A DNA stretch of 64,000 bases from a virus: positions 10,538 through 74,537 of the IMG/VR virus record IMGVR_UViG_3300025012_000956. One strand, 5' to 3'. The position numbers were made by a program, and so were the translations under genes. Positions 59,597 to 64,000 of this stretch are shown here, one piece after another (the first letter of the stretch is position 1; every line of letters begins with the position of its first letter). The notes under the pieces were generated by a model. The model was not told the origin of the DNA. It saw nothing but the letters and a program-made list of their open reading frames with translations, and made no database searches.

Positions 59597-59846
59597 ACTT
59601 TAAGAATAAAATCTTAATTTTTCTAGTTTCTATCTATATATATATAGAATATAAAACTTAAACACATATGTTTAAGGAATACAGAGTTTATAAACATATA
59701 CATTTAAAAAAGAGAATTTCAATGTTTCAATATCAATACATATTATGTCTCCATAAATGGTTCACCTCAGAACCAACAGGTATTGAAGCGCCGTTTAATA
59801 ATGATAGACCCAGTTCGTAATCATTAAATAGCAAGCTTGAATATTT

Positions 59847-59919
59847 GGCGTGTTAGTATAATGGTTAAGTATCGGGGTCCCTCAAACCTCGGATGCGGGT
59901 TCAATTCCCACACACGTCA
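59847..59919 (+). tRNA. tRNA-Glu(CTC), atypical C33
   Basis: Acceptor GGCGTGT/ACACGTC, anticodon arm GGGGT-CCCTCAA-ACCTC, T-loop TTCAATT. Confidence 0.75.
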
Positions 59920-59999
59920 CGATTAACTATAAGTTGATTTTAATCTAATTAAAAGTTCGATTCTCCTATATTTATTATAATAAATAAGGAATTCGAACT

Positions 60000-60770
60000 A
60001 TGAAAAAATATATAATTTATAAAATAATAAATAATAAATAAGAAAAATAATAACATTTATATAGGAGTTCATTCTACTGAAGATATCGAAGATGGTTATA
60101 TGGGCAGCGGTACCCAGATAGTAGACGCTATTAAAGAACATGGTTTAGATAATTTTGAGAAATTAATACTTTATGTCTTTTATAATCAAAAAGATGCTCT
60201 AAAAAAAGAAAAAGAATTGGTTAATAGAGAATTTATAGCTAGAAATGATACTTATAATTTGTGTATAGGTGGTTCTTTTTAACATTAGACTTAGTAACTG
60301 TTAAAGATTCACACGGAAACACTTTTAGCTGTCACAAGAATGATCCTAGATATTTATCAGGTGAACTACTTGGTGCCAATGCCAACACGTTAATAGTTGA
60401 GGATATTCACGGCAACAGATTTGCATGTAGCAAAGAGGATCCCAGATACTTATCAGGGGAATTAATATCAATAAATAAGAATAAAATTGTTGTTAAGGAT
60501 AAAAATAATAATTTTTTGAAAGTTAGAATTGATGATCCCAGATATATATCTGGAGAGCTATTACCAATACATACAGGAAATAAACAAAAATTAGAAACTA
60601 TAGAAAAACGGGGATCCACATTTAAAATTATAAAACACCAACGAGGTAAGAGAAATTCTCAGTTTGGTAAACAGTGGATATATAATTCAGAATTAAGGTG
60701 TAATAAGAAAATATTAAAAACAGAATCTGTTCCTGATGGTTGGATTAGAGGTAGAAAAATAAAAATTTAG
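60000..60770 (+). pseudogene. GIY-YIG (Seg-like) endonuclease with DPRYLSGEL tandem repeats, fragmented
   Basis: MKKYIIYKI../IYIGVHST..GYMGSG..YNLCIGG; breaks near 60035 and 60280; three DPRY(L/I)SGEL repeats. Confidence 0.75.
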
Positions 60771-60778
60771 AAAAACTG

Positions 60779-60807
60779 TTGACTTTATATATTTAATTTT
60801 GTATATT
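60779..60807 (+). promoter_or_regulatory. Sigma70-type promoter TTGACT-17-TATATT upstream of tRNAs
   Basis: Near-consensus -35/-10 with a 17-nt spacer. Confidence 0.72.
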
Positions 60808-60929
60808 TACATATGTTAAAATATTATTGTGATAACAATCGTCATCTAATATGTAAACCATATTTAATAGAAAATTTACATGAAATGGCAAAGCGTTTGG
60901 AAATTAAAAAATGTTGTTTGAAATAATTT

Positions 60930-61025
60930 GGTAGAATAAGTCGAGGAAAAAGGCCTAACGACAACAATCCTGAAAATTGTATATCATCGGAAGATGGTGT
61001 CCGAGTTCGAGTCTCGGTTCTACCT
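60930..61025 (+). tRNA. tRNA-Ser(TGA), long variable arm, atypical D-region and C33
   Basis: GGTAGAA/TTCTACC, ACAAT-CCTGAAA-ATTGT, V-arm ATATCATC-GGAA-GATGGTGT, CCGAG-TTCGAGT-CTCGG. Confidence 0.75.
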
Positions 61026-61039
61026 CTGAGATTGAAAAT

Positions 61040-61115
61040 GCCCATATGGTGTAATAGGAAAACACAATAGTCTTAAGAACTATTTTATCTGAGAGTTCGA
61101 GTCTCTCTATGGGTA
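61040..61115 (+). tRNA. tRNA-Leu(TAA), short variable loop
   Basis: GCCCATA/TATGGGT, ATAGT-CTTAAGA-ACTAT, GAGAG-TTCGAGT-CTCTC. Confidence 0.82.
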
Positions 61116-61135
61116 CTAAAATAAACAAAATACTG

Positions 61136-61164
61136 TTGACTTTCTAGACAAAATTTTGTATATT
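61136..61164 (+). promoter_or_regulatory. Sigma70-type promoter TTGACT-17-TATATT
   Basis: Near-consensus elements with a 17-nt spacer. Confidence 0.72.
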
Positions 61165-61286
61165 TACATATTAGTTCTTAAATTATTATTTCTTTTCTAA
61201 AGAAATTTAGAATGTGAACCCGGAGTAACAATGCCGGGTTTGAATGAGATAATAAATATATTGAGTCGATACATAGATTTTATAAT

Positions 61287-61359
61287 GGGCCTTTGGTGAA
61301 ATTGGGATCACAGGTGATTTGCGCTCATCAGTTGTCGGTTCGATTCCGACATGTGTCCA
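61287..61359 (+). tRNA. tRNA-Ala(TGC), imperfect acceptor stem
   Basis: G3:U70, GGTGA-TTTGCGC-TCATC, GTCGG-TTCGATT-CCGAC. Confidence 0.72.
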
Positions 61360-61499
61360 CGAGATAAAATATCAGACAACCGGCTTTGTCGTGTGGGTTG
61401 GACCGAAGAAGCTCACCACATATATTTTATTTATGCTCTTTGAAATTTTGACTGACAGAATTTAATATTATTCTGGTAAATAAAAAATATAAGTAAATA

Positions 61500-61675
61500 G
61501 AAATTTAGTATGTAGACTGGTATAAGTGAGGACGAAAACTCCTTGCAAACCTCTAAGTATTAGTAGGACAGGTTCAGTAATGGGAATGTCTGAGAATATT
61601 AAATAGAAGTGCAGGTTCTAACCCAGTTATAAATGGTGTATCGCTAACGGAACTAAAATGCGAGTACTAAATTTC
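61500..61675 (+). ncRNA. Unassigned structured RNA candidate
   Basis: 11-bp closing helix GAAATTTAGTA/TACTAAATTTC with internal helices such as ACTGG/CCAGT. Confidence 0.45.
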
Positions 61676-61747
61676 AAATAATCGTTCTTCCTTTGATGGG
61701 CTAATAGTAATATTAGAATCATATAAACGATTGAGAACGATTTTTAT

Positions 61748-61819
61748 TTGAGTGAAGTGTTAATGGCAGCATGACGGTTTTGGGAGCCGTTGGAATGGGT
61801 TCGAATCCCATCACTCGAA
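61748..61819 (+). tRNA. tRNA-Pro(TGG)
   Basis: TTGAGTG/CACTCGA, ACGGT-TTTGGGA-GCCGT, ATGGG-TTCGAAT-CCCAT. Confidence 0.85.
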
Positions 61820-61945
61820 CGTGGGTGGAAAATTTTTAGAATTAAATAGTATAATCAAGTTAGAGAAGATCATAAAAAATTATTATATGAACAAATAAAT
61901 GAATTTAAGAATTTTTATTATAGCATAAGTTAAAACTTTGGATTT

Positions 61946-62018
61946 GGGGTGGAGATGTTAGTGGTAACATGTCGCACTGTCACTGCGAATATTGAGGGTT
62001 CGATCCCCTTGCACCCCG
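61946..62018 (+). tRNA. tRNA-Asp(GTC)
   Basis: GGGGTG/CACCCC, TCGCA-CTGTCAC-TGCGA, T-loop TTCGATC, G73. Confidence 0.85.
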
Positions 62019-62033
62019 CAATCTTGTAACTTT

Positions 62034-62120
62034 GCTAGTATATACCGTATGTGGTCGCGGGACTGACTGTAGATCAGTTGCCTTTGGGTTCGGGTGGTTC
62101 GACTCCATCTACTAGCACCA
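62034..62120 (+). tRNA. tRNA-Tyr(GTA) with encoded CCA
   Basis: GCTAGTA/TACTAGC-A-CCA, ACTGA-CTGTAGA-TCAGT, long V arm. Confidence 0.88.
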
Positions 62121-62127
62121 AAACTAT

Positions 62128-62374
62128 TAAGAACTGTTGTGGTGGAATGAAAGACACTAAGAGGTAATGTGCAATAAAGATGGTACCTTTATGTAATATC
62201 GAAAGATATAATAGCATCCCAAAACTTACATGGGTAGGAAAATTGAAAAATTATGTACATATATTCCCAAGTGAAGTTGTATAGTAAAAGATTTGCTTGT
62301 CTTTTGTTAATTGTACAATCAAAAGCGTTGTAAAGCACAGTGTAAAGGGGAAGGTCCTTTACCAACAGTTCTTA
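62128..62374 (+). ncRNA. Unassigned tRNA-like large structured RNA
   Basis: 12-bp closing helix TAAGAACTGTTG/CAACAGTTCTTA, Leu-type D-arm-like GGTGGAATGAAAGACAC, terminal hairpin GTAAAGG/CCTTTAC and an internal GAAA tetraloop. Confidence 0.55.
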
Positions 62375-62412
62375 TAAATTTATGCCGTAGTAAACTGTTT
62401 TAAGAGAAAATT

Positions 62413-62487
62413 ACCGTCGTAGTTCAATGGATTTAGAACAACAATCTTCGAAATTGTAAGGTGAGAGTTCGACCCTCTCCGACGGTA
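62413..62487 (+). tRNA. tRNA-Arg(TCG)
   Basis: ACCGTCG/CGACGGT, ACAAT-CTTCGAA-ATTGT, GAGAG-TTCGACC-CTCTC. Confidence 0.88.
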
Positions 62488-62502
62488 CAATAAAAATTAT
62501 TA

Positions 62503-62577
62503 GGTGGAATAGCTCCAATAGGTAGAGCTCAGGTTTGAAGCATCTGGAAGTTGTAGGTTCGAGTCCTACTTCCACCA
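62503..62577 (+). tRNA. tRNA-Phe(GAA)
   Basis: GGTGGAA/TTCCACC, CAGGT-TTGAAGC-ATCTG, GTAGG-TTCGAGT-CCTAC. Confidence 0.88.
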
Positions 62578-62807
62578 CATTTTCCAAGCGTAATAGGCGT
62601 AAAAAATATTATAGACGTATAATATTATTAAATGGTAATTGGTGAAAATCCATACTGGGAATCCATTTATTTTTATAGATTTTACATTAAAAGATAACAC
62701 ATATTACAATATGGCTTTGTAAAAAGTATACCATTATTGCAATAGATGATTAGCTAATTATCGATAAGCTGTATTTTAGATACAATGAGCGGCACTTTTA
62801 ATATTTT

Positions 62808-62879
62808 GCACCTGAAGCTTTAGTAGATGAGCACGATCCTTTTAAGTTCGGGAAGCTGGCGCGATACCAGACAGGTGCA
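62808..62879 (+). tRNA. tRNA-Lys(TTT), non-canonical T-loop
   Basis: GCACCTG/CAGGTGC, loop CTTTTAA, T-loop CGCGATA. Confidence 0.75.
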
Positions 62880-63000
62880 CTAAATATTAAAAATATTTTA
62901 AGTGGAATAAGAGTTTTAGTTGTTGATTTAAAAGTTTCATTAGTAGAAGCAGGTCAATATACACTGTTATCTGACAGTCTCAGATTAAGGAAGATCAAAT

Positions 63001-63204
63001 ATGCAAAAAGGAACTGTAAAGTGGTTCGACGCGAAAAAAGGATACGGATTCATCAAACCTGAATATGGTGAAGATTTATTTGTACACTTTAAATCTATCG
63101 TAAGTGATGGATATAAAACGTTGGATGCAGATAACAAAGTTGAGTTTGAAGTAGAAGCTGGGAAGGACGGAAAATCTCAGGCTGCTAAGGTCAAAGTTGT
63201 TTAA
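63001..63204 (+). CDS. cspA: Cold-shock domain protein
   Basis: GTVKWFDAKKGYGFI..DLFVHFKSI..GYKTL. Confidence 0.95.
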   Translation: MQKGTVKWFDAKKGYGFIKPEYGEDLFVHFKSIVSDGYKTLDADNKVEFEVEAGKDGKSQAAKVKVV

Positions 63205-63214
63205 CTAGTTATAA

Positions 63215-63287
63215 GATGATTGGTGAGACTTCGCCGGGTGCACTGCGCACATTGAAGTTACCTACAGGTATTTACTCACCAGTCGTC
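63215..63287 (+). ncRNA. Unassigned small structured RNA or terminator-like element
   Basis: GATGATTGGTGAG/CTCACCAGTCGTC closing stem with internal helices ACTTCG/TGAAGT and TACC/GGTA. Confidence 0.4.
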
Positions 63288-63359
63288 ACTTATTATTTAA
63301 TAATATGTGTCAGTTCGAAATTCTACCTATATTTATTATTAAATAATTAGGAGAATTAA

Positions 63360-63854
63360 ATGAAACTCTGTGAATATTGTGGTGATGAGCACAGTGGTAC
63401 CTATGGAACAGGAAGATTTTGTAATTCTAGATGTGCCCATGGATTTAGTACAATAATTAAAAGAATAGAAATTAATGAAAAAGTATCTAAAAAATTAAGT
63501 GGTAGAAAAACGTGGTCGTCTGGTTCTTTTAAACGTGGATTTGATATCCGCAGACACATAATAACATCTGGAGAAAGAACTAAATCTACAATTGCATTAA
63601 GAAAATATTATGAAGAAAAACTAAAGGATATACCATACGAGCATAGATGTAAAAATTTTAGAATATCAGTTTTATTAAATGAACAAGCCAACAGATGTAA
63701 TAATTGTAAGTTAGATAAATGGCTTAATAAACAAATTAAATTGGAATTACATCATAAAGATGGAAATAAAAATAATAAACTTAGGAGTAATGAAGAATTA
63801 TTATGCCCAAACTGTCACAGTTATACAGATACTTGGAGAAGACAAAAGAGATGA
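63360..63854 (+). CDS. HNH homing endonuclease in the tRNA cluster
   Basis: CEYCG..RFCNSRC and CNNC..LELHHKDGNKNN..N..LLCPNCHS. Confidence 0.9.
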   Translation: MKLCEYCGDEHSGTYGTGRFCNSRCAHGFSTIIKRIEINEKVSKKLSGRKTWSSGSFKRGFDIRRHIITSGERTKSTIALRKYYEEKLKDIPYEHRCKNFRISVLLNEQANRCNNCKLDKWLNKQIKLELHHKDGNKNNKLRSNEELLCPNCHSYTDTWRRQKR

Positions 63855-63855
63855 T

Positions 63856-63927
63856 GCCGTCGTAGAGAATGGAATATCAACTCGCCTTAGAAGCGAGAGC
63901 TTATCGGTTCGAATCCGATCGACGGTA
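63856..63927 (+). tRNA. tRNA-Leu(TAG), short variable loop
   Basis: GCCGTCG/CGACGGT, CTCGC-CTTAGAA-GCGAG, ATCGG-TTCGAAT-CCGAT. Confidence 0.82.
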
Positions 63928-63950
63928 CTTCGATTAAATTAAGTTTCAAT

Positions 63951-64000
63951 GCATGCCAATGTTCCAAGGATAAGGCGAGAGAATCTCCAAAATTTTCTGG
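63951..64000 (+). tRNA. tRNA-Trp(CCA), truncated by the window end
   Basis: Anticodon arm AGAAT-CTCCAAA-ATTTT; the 5' boundary is approximate. Confidence 0.55.

Noticed and set aside
595-61045. All minus-strand ORFs in the track (e.g. 595-801, 13893-14306, 33391-33756, 60842-61045)
   Set aside because: They are short Phe/Leu/Ile/Ser-rich shadows of Lys/Glu-rich + strand genes or tRNAs, with no RBS or recognisable motifs.
61525-61545. Hammerhead ribozyme or RNase P RNA (GAGGACGAAAAC)
   Set aside because: No CUGAnGA core and no GAGGAAAGUCC/P4 partner; left unassigned.
62128-62374. tmRNA or an intron-containing tRNA-Leu
   Set aside because: No GGGG/G3:U70 alanyl acceptor, no TTC T-loop, no plausible tag ORF, and no recognisable group I core.
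63760-63942. 60-aa + strand ORF
   Set aside because: It overlaps the HNH gene out of frame and runs through tRNA-Leu(TAG).
1-64000. Stop-codon reassignment (alternative genetic code)
   Set aside because: Long genes are open in code 11, TAA, TAG and TGA all end genes, the breaks are frameshifts, and no suppressor (CTA/TCA) tRNA is present.
1-64000. Archaeal, NCLDV or bacterial chromosomal origin
   Set aside because: T4-like gp41/43/45/44/62 gene set, Shine-Dalgarno motifs, sigma70 promoters, bacterial-type Csp and tRNAs, and single-strand dense coding all indicate a bacteriophage.

Overview
This is an AT-rich segment of a large T4-like (probably jumbo) bacteriophage genome, read in the standard genetic code, with essentially all real genes on the + strand. 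(1) 1-18.5 kb is a replication module: gp41/DnaB helicase, class II RNR (NrdJ), DinG-like helicase, family-B polymerase, sliding clamp and clamp-loader subunits. The helicase, NrdJ and clamp-loader ATPase genes are each fractured into two ORFs joined by a naturally split intein, with a free-standing endonuclease gene between the halves. PolB carries a contiguous mini-intein. (2) 18.5-28.4 kb is a compact nucleotide/DNA-modification operon: dUTPase, C5-cytosine MTase-like protein, dNMP kinase, UDG-fold protein, SAM MTase, a clear T4 beta-glucosyltransferase homologue, a CofD/YvcK-HAD fusion, an NTP transferase, a dCMP-specific thymidylate-synthase homologue, dCMP deaminase and a Nmad1-like protein. 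It looks like a pathway for cytosine hypermodification with a phage-made sugar donor and is the best candidate for an undescribed system. (3) 29.5-58.2 kb is a ~29 kb glycan island of glycosyltransferases, NDP-sugar enzymes and methyltransferases. (4) 59.8-64 kb is a tRNA cluster (11 complete tRNAs and one partial) with several unassigned structured RNAs and a cold-shock gene. Homing-endonuclease-like genes occur throughout in two regulatory architectures. One is a promoter plus an RBS-occluding hairpin. The other is a repeated promoter + tiny ribbon-helix-helix gene + overlapping nuclease cassette with a near-constant 118-124 nt start-to-start offset. All assignments come from motif recognition by eye; no database search was run.
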